In this document: positions 1-8,465 of the stretch, piece by piece
Numbering within the stretch: the first letter of the stretch is position 1
Layout: every line of letters begins with the position of its first letter
Sequence record: PP658200.1
Origin: Escherichia phage HY126
Length of the DNA: 64,000 nt
Direction: 5' to 3' (one strand)
Program-made: the position numbers and the translations under genes
Notes under the pieces: generated by a model
What the model was told of the DNA's origin: nothing
Seen by the model: the letters and a program-made list of their open reading frames with translations, nothing else
The model's database searches: none

Positions 1-9
1 AAGTCCATA

Positions 10-474
10 TTATTCACCGAGATAAAAACTAGCAGGTTCAGAGAATGTTTCTAGCGCTACACCTTTTGTCTTAAAAAATTTCCAAATAGCTCGTTGCAAA
101 TGGGTTAAATCTGCTAATGATGTAATAAAGTATTTTTTGGCAAAATACTTATGGTCTCGCTTTTCGAACAAGTCTAAACGCTTTTCAGGATTCACATAAA
201 CGGCATTTTCCGTAGATTCATAACCTAAGTCCTTTATGCCTTCTTCAAGACTAAACGGAGAATTTTTAGAACGAGTAATAGCTCCAACTCGCTCTACACG
301 AATTTTGTAACCTTTAGGAATCTGCAATTTACAGAATTCTTCTACGATATATTGCGGATTATTTAGACTTTTGTTAATGAGAATAGCTATTTCTAGTGGA
401 GTCTTATCTTCTACTGGTATATGTTTAAACGATTTGGCTTCAAGCAAATACATTTTAAATAACATAGCATCCAT
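10..474 (-). CDS. hypothetical protein (154 aa)
   Basis: Complete minus-strand ORF; ATG at 472-474 preceded by GAGGAAATTATA Shine-Dalgarno; start overlaps stop of upstream micro-ORF (TAATG). No motif recognised. Confidence 0.6.
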   Translation of the reverse strand: MDAMLFKMYLLEAKSFKHIPVEDKTPLEIAILINKSLNNPQYIVEEFCKLQIPKGYKIRVERVGAITRSKNSPFSLEEGIKDLGYESTENAVYVNPEKRLDLFEKRDHKYFAKKYFITSLADLTHLQRAIWKFFKTKGVALETFSEPASFYLGE

Positions 475-653
475 TATAATTTCCTCGATGGTTCACCCAT
501 ATAAAGTTTTACGATACGTTCGCCTTCATCTTCGACGAGCTTCTCTTCGTGTTTCTGGAATTCTTTAGCCATATTCTCTTCAAGAACATCCAACCAATCT
601 TCTGGTTCGACTCCATCATTCCAGCTTTTAAACCATTTTACTATTTTGTTCAT
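474..653 (-). CDS. small hypothetical protein (59 aa, below ORF-track cutoff)
   Basis: Translated by eye (MNKIVKWFKSWNDGVEPEDW...); ATGA overlap with upstream stop and TAATG overlap with downstream start indicate translational coupling. Confidence 0.35.
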   Translation of the reverse strand: MNKIVKWFKSWNDGVEPEDWLDVLEENMAKEFQKHEEKLVEDEGERIVKLYMGEPSRKL

Positions 654-898
654 TCACAGCTCCCTGAGCTTGAACCACAATCAGAATAACTTGACCCAGA
701 ATCACCAGGCCAAGACGATACGTATGAATGATTATAATCGGAAGAGCTTGAAGCATTAACCTGTTTTGTTTTTGGACGAACAACTTCTTCCATCATTCCG
801 TCGCCGATATATTCCCAACTTTTTTCGTGTGTATCAGGAATAGGCATCATACCTTCGCCTGGTTTAACAGCAAACAACTTCTTCAGTATCGTAAGCAT
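650..898 (-). CDS. hypothetical protein with Ser-rich C-terminus
   Basis: Minus ORF; chosen ATG (896-898) has GAGGAA SD; track ORF extends to 973 so start is uncertain; low-complexity SSSSDY...SGSSYSDCGSSSGSCE tail. Confidence 0.45.
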   Translation of the reverse strand: MLTILKKLFAVKPGEGMMPIPDTHEKSWEYIGDGMMEEVVRPKTKQVNASSSSDYNHSYVSSWPGDSGSSYSDCGSSSGSCE

Positions 899-1091
899 TA
901 ATTGTTCCTCGAACAAAACGAACACCGCCGTCATCCCAGCGGATTTCGGCATTAAATTTGACGTCTTCACCATCCATCATGAATGAGTGTACGACTACAT
1001 CATCATAATATCCAAGGCCGTATTTCAACGAAACTTCTTGAGCAATTAAAGCACCTAATGTGTTATTAGGTTTAATCCAACGATTTAACAT
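864..1091 (-). CDS. hypothetical protein (75 aa)
   Basis: Internal ATG with strong SD AAGAGGAGAACAAT; the longer track start at 1160 lacks an SD and would overlap the soc terminator. Confidence 0.5.
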   Translation of the reverse strand: MLNRWIKPNNTLGALIAQEVSLKYGLGYYDDVVVHSFMMDGEDVKFNAEIRWDDGGVRFVRGTINAYDTEEVVCC

Positions 1092-1119
1092 ATTGTTCTC
1101 CTCTTGAGTAAGTAAGAAT

Positions 1120-1151
1120 ATCTTAACACAGTTTTTAGTGGATGTAAACCG
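1120..1151 (-). promoter_or_regulatory. T4-early-like promoter (GTTTAC -35, A/T-rich -10)
   Basis: Minus-strand GTTTAC (revcomp gtaaac at 1145-1150), about 17 nt spacer, TAAGAT-like -10; sits between soc terminator and next gene. Confidence 0.4.
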
Positions 1152-1156
1152 TAGAA

Positions 1157-1185
1157 ACAAAAAAAAGGAATCCCGAAGGATTCCT
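1157..1185 (-). terminator. intrinsic terminator downstream of soc
   Basis: Minus-strand hairpin GGAATCC-UUCG-GGAUUCC (8-bp stem incl. flanking A-U) followed by U8 tract; 10 nt after soc stop. Confidence 0.7.
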
Positions 1186-1193
1186 TAAATTAT

Positions 1194-1430
1194 TTAACCG
1201 CTTACTGGTGTAGGGGTAAACATTGCAGCGTTCTTAGTTTTCCAATCAGCTGCATCAGAAACTACAGTAGAATATGCTGCCTTTTCTGATGGAAAGATTT
1301 GGTAATGAGAATCCGCAATTCGATGTTCGTTTGAATAAATCTCAAACGGTACAGAAACTTCCATACCTTTAACTTCTTTGCCTTCACCAGCCGGACGTGT
1401 AAAGGTTTTAATATTAACGTAACCACCCAT
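1194..1430 (-). CDS. soc: small outer capsid protein Soc
   Basis: 78 aa; GYVNIKTF...HYQ.FPSEKAAYSTV matches T4 Soc as I recall it; late promoter TATAAATA and AAAGGAG SD upstream. Confidence 0.85.
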   Translation of the reverse strand: MGGYVNIKTFTRPAGEGKEVKGMEVSVPFEIYSNEHRIADSHYQIFPSEKAAYSTVVSDAADWKTKNAAMFTPTPVSG

Positions 1431-1462
1431 AATTAACTCCTTTGTTGTTTAATTACAGGTGT

Positions 1463-1470
1463 ATTTATAA
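1463..1470 (-). promoter_or_regulatory. T4 late promoter TATAAATA (soc)
   Basis: Exact TATAAATA on minus strand (plus-strand tatttata) about 30 nt upstream of soc ATG. Confidence 0.7.
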
Positions 1471-1475
1471 CTTAA

Positions 1476-1997
1476 TCAGTAACCATTATCCTGGCGTTCA
1501 AAGTTGTGTTGGTTTTTCAAGTAGTAAAGTTTAAAGATTTCTTCAGCAGAAAGACCCAGACCTTGGAACATGTTCAGAACGAAGTGCAGAATATCAATCA
1601 TCTCAAATTTAATTTCAAGCTGGTCTTCAGGAGACAGTTCATCGATACGACGATTACGATATTCAGCATGTTGTGCTTTCCACGGCTTCCATACACTGCT
1701 GGCGGCTTTTTCACCATTGCTCATACCACCAAGTGAAGTCAGCAGTTCACGGAATTCATCATCAATATAATCTTTCTGATTACGCAGCCAATCAACAACG
1801 TCGCCTGCAGTGGCCAATTCATCAGGATGTTTGTTATGTTCAGGCTTGTCATTTGCCAAACGAACCTGTAAAGATTTCTGCATATCAAGCATTACCTGAA
1901 GTGGGTCTTTATCTTCGTGAATCAGAGCATTAAAATAAGCTTCTTCTGCTTTATCAACACCAGAAATAAGTTGTGAACATTCGTTAAAGTGTGCCAT
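1476..1997 (-). CDS. 56: dCTPase/dUTPase gp56 (dCTP pyrophosphatase, MazG-like)
   Basis: Strong similarity to T4 gp56 as recalled (MAHFNEC...DPLQVMLDMQ...FRELLTSLG...EDQLEIKFE..DI.HFVLNMF); start refined to MAHFNEC with AAAGGA SD. Confidence 0.85.
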   Translation of the reverse strand: MAHFNECSQLISGVDKAEEAYFNALIHEDKDPLQVMLDMQKSLQVRLANDKPEHNKHPDELATAGDVVDWLRNQKDYIDDEFRELLTSLGGMSNGEKAASSVWKPWKAQHAEYRNRRIDELSPEDQLEIKFEMIDILHFVLNMFQGLGLSAEEIFKLYYLKNQHNFERQDNGY

Positions 1998-2085
1998 TAT
2001 TTTTCCTTTCAATTCAGTATAAGAGAGTTAATTCTAACATTAATTTTATAAAGCGTAATAAATAATAGGTAACTAAGGAGATATT

Positions 2086-2283
2086 ATGTTTAAACTTCCA
2101 TCGTTAATCAATGCTATTAAAGGCAATAAAAAGAAAACTGCTATCGCCGCAATAGTTGTAGGTGGCATTATTTCATGGAACTTCGGTATCGCACCATTGT
2201 TAGTTGCCCATGGTGTTATGGTTCCTTCTGTTCCATTGGATACTGTAGTTGATTTGGCCTTTGCTATTATAGGGCTTGTTTAA
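2086..2283 (+). CDS. small predicted membrane protein (65 aa), plus strand
   Basis: Only convincing plus-strand ORF: strong SD AAGGAG 7 nt before ATG, two hydrophobic segments; lies in divergent gap between 56 and 61 (the position I recall dam occupying in T4); AATAAATA late-promoter-like box upstream. Confidence 0.4.
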   Translation: MFKLPSLINAIKGNKKKTAIAAIVVGGIISWNFGIAPLLVAHGVMVPSVPLDTVVDLAFAIIGLV

Positions 2284-3302
2284 ATCTTCGAATAACGAGA
2301 TAATCTCATTTTAGCATGCAACCCACTTGAAATATTCTGTTTCATATATTCTAAAATTTCTTGTGGTGTTGCATTTTCTTTCATTACCATATCATTCACA
2401 TCCTTTGATCTCCATGGAGCTCGATCCCAGAACATGACACGTTCGCCTGCATCAACTAATCGCTTCATGCGAGCTATAGTATCTGGATGCCTAGGTTCAT
2501 TATCCATTACCCATACCCGACGTTCTTTAAATGGTACCACATCTAAATCTATTGAGCCGCCTGTAATAGCGATTGCATTGGGTATGAATAAACTATCAAT
2601 AGGGCCTTCCATTACCCAGACGTCTCCTTCCTTAACACGTTCAACACCATAAATTTTTGTTGCAGACTCAAACGCTTTAATAGTGATATATTTCTGAGGA
2701 GCATCTTTACGAAGTGCACGTCCTTGGAATGACTCGGCCTTCCCGTCTTTATTAAAAATAGGAATCACTAAACGCGGTTCAGGAATCTCTTTCTTATATG
2801 TGCCGGGTTGAATCTTGTTGACCAATTTAGGCCATTCTAATGTGAACCATAATCTGTTCCATGATTCTTTAGGAATGCATCGAGACTTAACATATTTCAC
2901 AATAGGATGCTCTTCAGGCAGCTTGTCCAGACGAGAACAAGACGGCAAAGAATTTATAGTCTTTTTCTCCGGTTCTGGTTTATGTTCAGGAACCTTTTCA
3001 ATCTTTGGTTCCATTCTAGCTTTTTCTTTACGAACTTCCATTAGATATTCGCGATAAAGCTCTTCATCATACTCCTTTAAGTATCCGGAAATTGTATTGT
3101 GGTATTGACAGTTATAGCAATGTACATTACCAGGAGTACCGCCATAATACCAACCGCGAGCTTTCATTGCATCTGTCTGAGAGTCGCCACAAACTGGACA
3201 TCGAAATGTTAATTTAAATGTGCTTGAATTATTGATTTGTCTAAAACGAGGTAGGTGAGAAAACGCACGATAAGCAAATTCATTATCTATCCATTCAGCC
3301 AT
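2280..3302 (-). CDS. 61: DNA primase gp61
   Basis: 340 aa; zinc ribbon CPVCGD...CYNC and Toprim region closely match T4 gp61 as recalled. Confidence 0.95.
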   Translation of the reverse strand: MAEWIDNEFAYRAFSHLPRFRQINNSSTFKLTFRCPVCGDSQTDAMKARGWYYGGTPGNVHCYNCQYHNTISGYLKEYDEELYREYLMEVRKEKARMEPKIEKVPEHKPEPEKKTINSLPSCSRLDKLPEEHPIVKYVKSRCIPKESWNRLWFTLEWPKLVNKIQPGTYKKEIPEPRLVIPIFNKDGKAESFQGRALRKDAPQKYITIKAFESATKIYGVERVKEGDVWVMEGPIDSLFIPNAIAITGGSIDLDVVPFKERRVWVMDNEPRHPDTIARMKRLVDAGERVMFWDRAPWRSKDVNDMVMKENATPQEILEYMKQNISSGLHAKMRLSRYSKI

Positions 3303-3341
3303 AGTATTCTCCAGAGGCCTTAAATTAATAAGGCCATCTTA

Positions 3342-3809
3342 TCACAACTTATTAATATTTACTTTAATTCGCTTTCTTTTCTTGGAAGGAATTTGTTCGG
3401 GACCTTTATTTACGACTGCACCTGTAGTAGTTCCTGATGCAATAGCTTGAGGACTGCCACCTGAATCACCAGCAACCATATCCTCAAATAAAGGGAGTTC
3501 TTTAAATATTTCTTTCTGCTGTTCTTCGGTAATGTTATAGCGTGAAGCTACAGCACTCCAAGCAGACATCATTGAGGCCATTCCATTAAGACCTGGAACA
3601 GTGCTCATCATTCGCTTCATTGAACGAACTGAAGCATGAAAAGGTGTATAAGCCGCTTTCTCTTCGGGAGTAGAAGGACGTTTAAGAACACTTCCACGTT
3701 CATCGATGATTTTGGCTTCGTATGCTTTCCATTCGGTAAAAGGTTTTTGCATTAGTCGAATAAACTTATATGCGTAAACAGAATCTATTGCAGTGTTAAT
3801 AATACCCAT
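3342..3809 (-). CDS. hypothetical protein (T4 61.1 region)
   Basis: Minus ORF; start refined to MGIINTAID with AGGAGG SD; C-terminal basic KKRKRIK tail. Confidence 0.55.
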   Translation of the reverse strand: MGIINTAIDSVYAYKFIRLMQKPFTEWKAYEAKIIDERGSVLKRPSTPEEKAAYTPFHASVRSMKRMMSTVPGLNGMASMMSAWSAVASRYNITEEQQKEIFKELPLFEDMVAGDSGGSPQAIASGTTTGAVVNKGPEQIPSKKRKRIKVNINKL

Positions 3810-3828
3810 AGGTACCTCCTGAGTATAT

Positions 3829-4026
3829 TTAATCAATTACAAAGATTGCTTTGTCACCATTTATATCCGTGACTTCATATGTAGTGCCTTCATACTGTGG
3901 AATATTCCAAATTACACCATCATTAGCTTTTACGCTAATATGGCATTGGTGTTTTGAAACAACTTCGTAATCTTCAAAACTTGTAAAAACACTAATTTTA
4001 GAACCAGTGCAAATTGCAGTAGTCAT
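3829..4026 (-). CDS. hypothetical protein (65 aa)
   Basis: Minus ORF tiling between neighbours; no motif recognised. Confidence 0.5.
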   Translation of the reverse strand: MTTAICTGSKISVFTSFEDYEVVSKHQCHISVKANDGVIWNIPQYEGTTYEVTDINGDKAIFVID

Positions 4027-4027
4027 T

Positions 4028-4687
4028 TTAACCTCGATTCATAAATGCATTAAATATTTGGTCATCAACAGAAATTTCTAATTCAGCTTCAATTGTTTCA
4101 GCCTTTTCTTCAGGTGGTAATTCGTATCCACACACTACAATTTTTTCATCGATATCAAAATATACAGAAGCAATATGATTAATGTTATTTTCAGTTAAGT
4201 CTAAATCAACATCAACATCTTTTTGACCTACACTTAAAGGATAACTAATACGGGTTATTTTATTATCTTTAACAAAGAGTCCACCGACATACTCTGTACT
4301 ACGTTTGAAGTTTACACGTTTCCGAAATGAAAGATATGATGCATCTTTACCGTGAGCTCGGCTCATAGGACATAATGAATAGCTAGAATAAGAGATGTCA
4401 AATCCTACACCTTCAATATGAGCCAACGCGTCGTGATTAAACCAATTATAATCATATGCCAAATCCATTATATTGTAATATGTGAAAGGCACCGGATTAA
4501 CATCATACGTTGTACCTTTAAAATCTGCCCAGGCAACGATTTCGTTATCTTTAACAATTACAAAAATTACACCAATATGGTATCCGTTATTATTTTCATT
4601 CGGCGTTATATTATAACATTGTGCATTAGGAAATTTACCATATTTAAATGGCGCATTTTTGTGCATATAATAAATCATATTATTCAC
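4028..4687 (-). CDS. hypothetical protein (219 aa)
   Basis: Minus ORF, overlaps sp stop by a few nt (coupled); no motif recognised. Confidence 0.6.
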   Translation of the reverse strand: MNNMIYYMHKNAPFKYGKFPNAQCYNITPNENNNGYHIGVIFVIVKDNEIVAWADFKGTTYDVNPVPFTYYNIMDLAYDYNWFNHDALAHIEGVGFDISYSSYSLCPMSRAHGKDASYLSFRKRVNFKRSTEYVGGLFVKDNKITRISYPLSVGQKDVDVDLDLTENNINHIASVYFDIDEKIVVCGYELPPEEKAETIEAELEISVDDQIFNAFMNRG

Positions 4688-4973
4688 CTGTGATTTCGGT
4701 TACGATATCTTTGTTATCGAAATTAGGGTCACAATACAAAACATAATTGTACTGCATGATACCGCCAGACTTAAGTTGTTCAACAACTTTATTAACCATA
4801 TTAGGACGGTCTCGTTTAGTGATGTTCATGATATCAGAGAAGATTTGTTGTTCAACATCTTCTTGATTTGCAGTCATTGACCACTCGCAGAGGTCTTTAT
4901 CATAACCTGCCGTAACTGGAGCTGGTGCACATGATACTGCGAGTAAGATTGCTGCCAATGATAACTTTTTCAT
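4680..4973 (-). CDS. sp: spackle periplasmic protein (superinfection exclusion / lysozyme inhibitor)
   Basis: 97 aa with signal peptide; GYDKDLCEWSMTA...KSGG.MQYNYVLYCD matches T4 Sp as recalled. Confidence 0.85.
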   Translation of the reverse strand: MKKLSLAAILLAVSCAPAPVTAGYDKDLCEWSMTANQEDVEQQIFSDIMNITKRDRPNMVNKVVEQLKSGGIMQYNYVLYCDPNFDNKDIVTEITGE

Positions 4974-5002
4974 TTTAACTCCTTAGTTGATTTGATAGGA
5001 CT

Positions 5003-5032
5003 ACTATACTATAGTCCATCTATAATGTAAAC
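5003..5032 (-). promoter_or_regulatory. T4-early-like promoter upstream of sp
   Basis: Minus strand GTTTAC - 18 nt - TATAGT; spacer region carries the recurrent GATAGGACTA palindromic element. Confidence 0.5.
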
Positions 5033-5036
5033 AAGT

Positions 5037-5285
5037 TTATTCTTTTTCGCGAATAATAATTACTTGTTGAGGCTGCTGGGCAGATTTCTTTTCGGCAACG
5101 ATAGACCAAATTAAAGTTCCAATCCAACCAATCATCGTCCAGTTAAAAAGTAAAGATACAAAGAAGATTGCTGTTGTGCTTTTTGTGCCACGAATAAGTG
5201 CGATTACCCAAGGCAACATGTAAATGATGATTGAACCAATACCTGCGATTAAAACCGCTACTGAACTAGCTACGAATAATTCCAT
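5037..5285 (-). CDS. small inner-membrane protein (2 TM), possibly Imm-like
   Basis: 82 aa, two hydrophobic helices (…IRGTKSTTAIFFVSLLFNWTMIGWIGTLIW…); neighbour of sp; Imm-like assignment is only a guess. Confidence 0.6.
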   Translation of the reverse strand: MELFVASSVAVLIAGIGSIIIYMLPWVIALIRGTKSTTAIFFVSLLFNWTMIGWIGTLIWSIVAEKKSAQQPQQVIIIREKE

Positions 5286-5346
5286 GTTAATTTCCTCTTG
5301 ATTTGTTATGTTTATAATATCTTATTTTAACTTTGGTGTAAACCAA

Positions 5347-5715
5347 TTAGTTAAATTTGTTTAAACGTTCAATACACTGGACGTAGTTATTCGCGATTTG
5401 TTTCTGGGTAGGCTCATTACCAGTTGTTTCAACATAGCGAATGAATGCGATTTCAGTAGCCTGTAGACAATGTTCTTTAACGCGTTGTTCTTTTGACAAT
5501 GCTACAGTATCAGAGTCACGATAACGTTGAGCATGGGCATCAGCTTGAATCATTCGATTACCTACAGTAACCGGGTCTTCCACTTCAACTTTAGGTTGTT
5601 CATACTGTTTAACATTCGGATTGTAAATCAGTTGGCCGACGTTATTAGGAATAAAGCCATGGGCACCACATCCTGTTAATCCAAATACCATTGCTAAAGC
5701 GATTAATTTTTTCAT
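5347..5715 (-). CDS. predicted lipoprotein (122 aa)
   Basis: Signal peptide with lipobox LTGC (MKKLIALAMVFGLTGC). Confidence 0.7.
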   Translation of the reverse strand: MKKLIALAMVFGLTGCGAHGFIPNNVGQLIYNPNVKQYEQPKVEVEDPVTVGNRMIQADAHAQRYRDSDTVALSKEQRVKEHCLQATEIAFIRYVETTGNEPTQKQIANNYVQCIERLNKFN

Positions 5716-5743
5716 TTCAATTTCCTCTGTAGTTGATAGAAAG

Positions 5744-5773
5744 ATAGTAACACAGTATGTGGTGCTTGTAAAC
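5744..5773 (-). promoter_or_regulatory. T4-early-like promoter upstream of lipoprotein gene
   Basis: Minus strand GTTTAC - 17 nt - TACTAT-like -10; SD AGGAAATTGAA follows. Confidence 0.45.
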
Positions 5774-5775
5774 AG

Positions 5776-5988
5776 CTATTTTAAACTTTTGCGAAATTTG
5801 CGTTTTTCTTGACGAATCTGTCGTTTAGTCGGACGTACAGCAAATTTAACGAAGTCCACTTTGCCGTGTGGAAACTTTTCAGATGCTTCACAGTCCATCA
5901 TTAGTTCCCATCCTTCCAGAATAAGAGCTTTCCATTGTGTAGTTGATGCAAATTCGTATGTTGATGGTTTAAACACAGTTGAATACAT
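5776..5988 (-). CDS. small basic protein, VRPTKRQ-motif family (paralog c)
   Basis: Start refined to MYSTVF (GAGGAT SD); C-terminus FAVRPTKRQIRQEKRKFRK shared with two ORFs near 33790-34564. Confidence 0.5.
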   Translation of the reverse strand: MYSTVFKPSTYEFASTTQWKALILEGWELMMDCEASEKFPHGKVDFVKFAVRPTKRQIRQEKRKFRKSLK

Positions 5989-5989
5989 A

Positions 5990-6181
5990 TTATCCTCTGA
6001 AATCAGCTTCAAAAACTTTCTCGTCATTAACAAATGCTTTAACTAATGCTTTGTTCACTTCAGCAAGTTGTACCGCAACCCACTCGATTTCTTCACGGTC
6101 ACCTGATAACATGATATCTTTAGTGAACGTATTATCATTTTTAAACCAGCCAATAAAAGTAACTTTAGTTAATTTGCTCAT
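5990..6181 (-). CDS. hypothetical protein (about 63 aa)
   Basis: Start refined to MSKLTKV, ATGA-coupled to upstream gene; dmd-like position but not verified. Confidence 0.45.
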   Translation of the reverse strand: MSKLTKVTFIGWFKNDNTFTKDIMLSGDREEIEWVAVQLAEVNKALVKAFVNDEKVFEADFRG

Positions 6182-6495
6182 ATTTCCTCGCAAAATGCCC
6201 ATTCAGCGTGATAAACTGTAGCACCTTTAGTATTATTCATTTGAACTACGTCTACCGGAGAAATTACTCGATAGAGGCGTGGTTCACCTCCATAAGAGCG
6301 TGCAGCTCGTCCTGCATAAATCTTTGCTAAACCGATATCTTCAGTAAAGAATACACGATCCAAGTTTTTCTTACGTCCAGTTTCAGACAGAACTCCTGTT
6401 TCCTCAGGAGGACAAAGCATGTTTTCGATGTTAGCTGAACTACTTGAACCGTGATAAAAAATCTTAAATTCTGCTTTACAATCGATGGTTTTCAT
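6178..6495 (-). CDS. hypothetical protein (105 aa)
   Basis: Minus ORF with GGAGAA SD and own promoter; no reliable motif. Confidence 0.55.
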   Translation of the reverse strand: MKTIDCKAEFKIFYHGSSSSANIENMLCPPEETGVLSETGRKKNLDRVFFTEDIGLAKIYAGRAARSYGGEPRLYRVISPVDVVQMNNTKGATVYHAEWAFCEEI

Positions 6496-6499
6496 TTTG

Positions 6500-6550
6500 T
6501 TCTCCAGTAGTTGATAGGTCTATAATAACACAACTACTGGAGAAGTAAAC
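6500..6550 (-). promoter_or_regulatory. early promoter embedded in 14-bp inverted repeat that pairs with the SD
   Basis: Minus strand GTTTAC-TTCTCCAGTAGTTG-...TATTAT...-CAACTACTGGAGAA-CAAAATG; halves at 6500-6513 and 6531-6544 are perfect complements; downstream half contains the SD. Confidence 0.55.
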
Positions 6551-6925
6551 TTAAAAACGTAATTTAGATACATCTGCGTTGATTTCGGTTTGGTTTGCGT
6601 CGTATGCAATTAAACGAACCGCTTTAGATGGGTCATTCAATGCATAGAAATGATGAAACATTGCTCGAACGATATCACCATTTACGAGTTCTACCTGGAT
6701 AGGAGAACCTTTTTCAAGTTGGAAATGTTCATAAGCTTTGATGGTTCGCAGATAATCAAGTTTTTGATTTCCGGCTCCAACAATTTGTACGATACGTTTG
6801 CCTGTGTTTTCCATACGAGATACAATAGTTTTAGGAGCAAGAATAACGTAGGTTGCCAGCGGAGAAACTACTTCAACAGTTGTGTTTTCGGTGATTGCAG
6901 TAAAAATTGCTTGAGACATATTCAT
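6551..6925 (-). CDS. hypothetical protein (124 aa)
   Basis: Minus ORF with AAGAGGAAAA SD; no motif recognised. Confidence 0.6.
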   Translation of the reverse strand: MNMSQAIFTAITENTTVEVVSPLATYVILAPKTIVSRMENTGKRIVQIVGAGNQKLDYLRTIKAYEHFQLEKGSPIQVELVNGDIVRAMFHHFYALNDPSKAVRLIAYDANQTEINADVSKLRF

Positions 6926-6991
6926 AATGTTTTCCTCTTGGTTTGTGTAAGTACATCATATCATGCCTAGAGGAAGATGTAAACCCCGAAA

Positions 6992-7016
6992 GGAGACCGA
7001 AGTCTCCTTTTTATTA
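6992..7016 (+). terminator. plus-strand intrinsic terminator
   Basis: AGGAGAC-CGAA-GTCTCCT hairpin followed by TTTTATT on the plus strand; no U-tract on minus strand. Confidence 0.5.
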
Positions 7017-8456
7017 AAATTTTAACTCATTGGCTAAGCTATCTAGGTCAGCACGTGTTGCTTTGGCTTTACCTACGCGTTCCGTACGATTCACCTCTGC
7101 CTGACGCATCTGAGCACCTGCATTTTCATTTACTGTGTTAGATGTGTTCATGCCTTCTTGCTCAATCTCAATCCATTTCTGGTTGCCTTTACGTACACCC
7201 ATCAGGAATTTATTCCACTTATTCTTATCGCCGTATCGTGATTTGATTTGTTTGATAAGTTGTTGTTCAGCTTGTGCAAGTTCTTCGGTTTCAATTACAG
7301 CCAACATGAAATCTGCCGTTGCTGGTAAACCTGCTGATTCTGCGATATCACTCATGTTCATGTCTGAAGCATCCCATGCTGCACGTCCTACTTGAGCTGC
7401 AGTCCATAGAACTGTTTCAGATTCTACTGCTAATGCACGAAGTTCTTCTGCGATAGCTTTAACTAATGTGTAACTATTTTCAGTGTAAACTCTGATACGA
7501 CAAGACCCACAAATACCTAAGTAATCAACCATGATTACAGATGGCACAAAGTTCTTCTTAAGTTTTAACTCATTAAGCAATGCACGAAATGTATTAGCAT
7601 TAGCTCCACCAGTAGGATACTGCTTAACTACTAAACGTCCTAATGTGGATTTTGAACGCCATTTTTCCATCTTGGCTTTATATTCAGCATAAGATACGTT
7701 ACCATCATCGATATCGTCGAGCGATACGTCAAGCATGTTTGCATCTATACGCTTAGCACAAACTTCTTCAGCCATTTCCATAGAAATATAAAGAACATTA
7801 TGACCTGTTTGAAGATAATCTGCAGCAAGTGAACAAAGGCCTAAAGATTTACCAACGTTAACACCAGCCATTAAAACGTTTAGTGTACCTGTTTCAGCAC
7901 CACCTTTAGTGATTTTATTCAAAATGTTTAATTTGAACGGGACCTTACGTGCTTTGTTCAGATAAGAAAGCCAGCGTGCTTCATAGTCTTCCATCCAGTC
8001 ATGCCCAACATAACTATCAAACGAAATTGAAAGTGCTTGACGCATAATATCAGGAATAGCTCCTACGTCAGGCATTTTCTTGTTACGTTGTTCTGGAGGT
8101 AGTTCAGCATTAGACTGAATCTCAATGATTTTGGATGTAGCGTTATACATCGCTTTTTGCTGGACATATTTCTCAGTTTCTTTAACCAACCATTCATGGT
8201 CTTCAGGAGTATCAGCCAATTTTTCAATTAGATCTGAAGTTCCTTTATATTCGGCTTCAGTTAAAGAACTGTTATCTAAAGCCACCTTTAATGCATTGAT
8301 AGATGGCATTGCATTATATTCGTTAACGTGGCTCTTTATAATTTTAAAGACGTTTTTTGCCGGTCCACGCTCAAAATACTCAGAATCCATATAAGGCCAG
8401 ACCTTAGAAAAATAAGCCTGGTCATATACGAGATGAGACAAAATAATTTCTACCAC
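7014..8456 (-). CDS. 41: DNA primase-helicase gp41 (DnaB-like)
   Basis: 480 aa; near-identical to T4 gp41 as recalled (MVEIILSHL..., Walker A GVNVGKS, C-terminal ANELKF); start may be GTG. Confidence 0.95.
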   Translation of the reverse strand: MVEIILSHLVYDQAYFSKVWPYMDSEYFERGPAKNVFKIIKSHVNEYNAMPSINALKVALDNSSLTEAEYKGTSDLIEKLADTPEDHEWLVKETEKYVQQKAMYNATSKIIEIQSNAELPPEQRNKKMPDVGAIPDIMRQALSISFDSYVGHDWMEDYEARWLSYLNKARKVPFKLNILNKITKGGAETGTLNVLMAGVNVGKSLGLCSLAADYLQTGHNVLYISMEMAEEVCAKRIDANMLDVSLDDIDDGNVSYAEYKAKMEKWRSKSTLGRLVVKQYPTGGANANTFRALLNELKLKKNFVPSVIMVDYLGICGSCRIRVYTENSYTLVKAIAEELRALAVESETVLWTAAQVGRAAWDASDMNMSDIAESAGLPATADFMLAVIETEELAQAEQQLIKQIKSRYGDKNKWNKFLMGVRKGNQKWIEIEQEGMNTSNTVNENAGAQMRQAEVNRTERVGKAKATRADLDSLANELKF

Positions 8457-8465
8457 GATAACTCC

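Noticed and set aside
5037-5285. Assignment of the small membrane protein as T4 Imm
   Set aside because: Only topology and context (next to sp) support it; I could not align it confidently to Imm from memory, so it is left as a hedged call.
6178-6495. Possible ADP-ribosyltransferase-like motif (FYHGS) in the 105-aa protein
   Set aside because: A single short motif in a protein too small for a complete ART fold; no supporting second and third catalytic motifs could be aligned by eye.
6650-6970. 106-aa plus-strand ORF ending just before the plus-strand terminator at 6992
   Set aside because: Completely overlaps the better-supported minus-strand gene 6551-6925; low-complexity Cys/Phe-rich translation and no SD. 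The terminator itself is kept as a feature.
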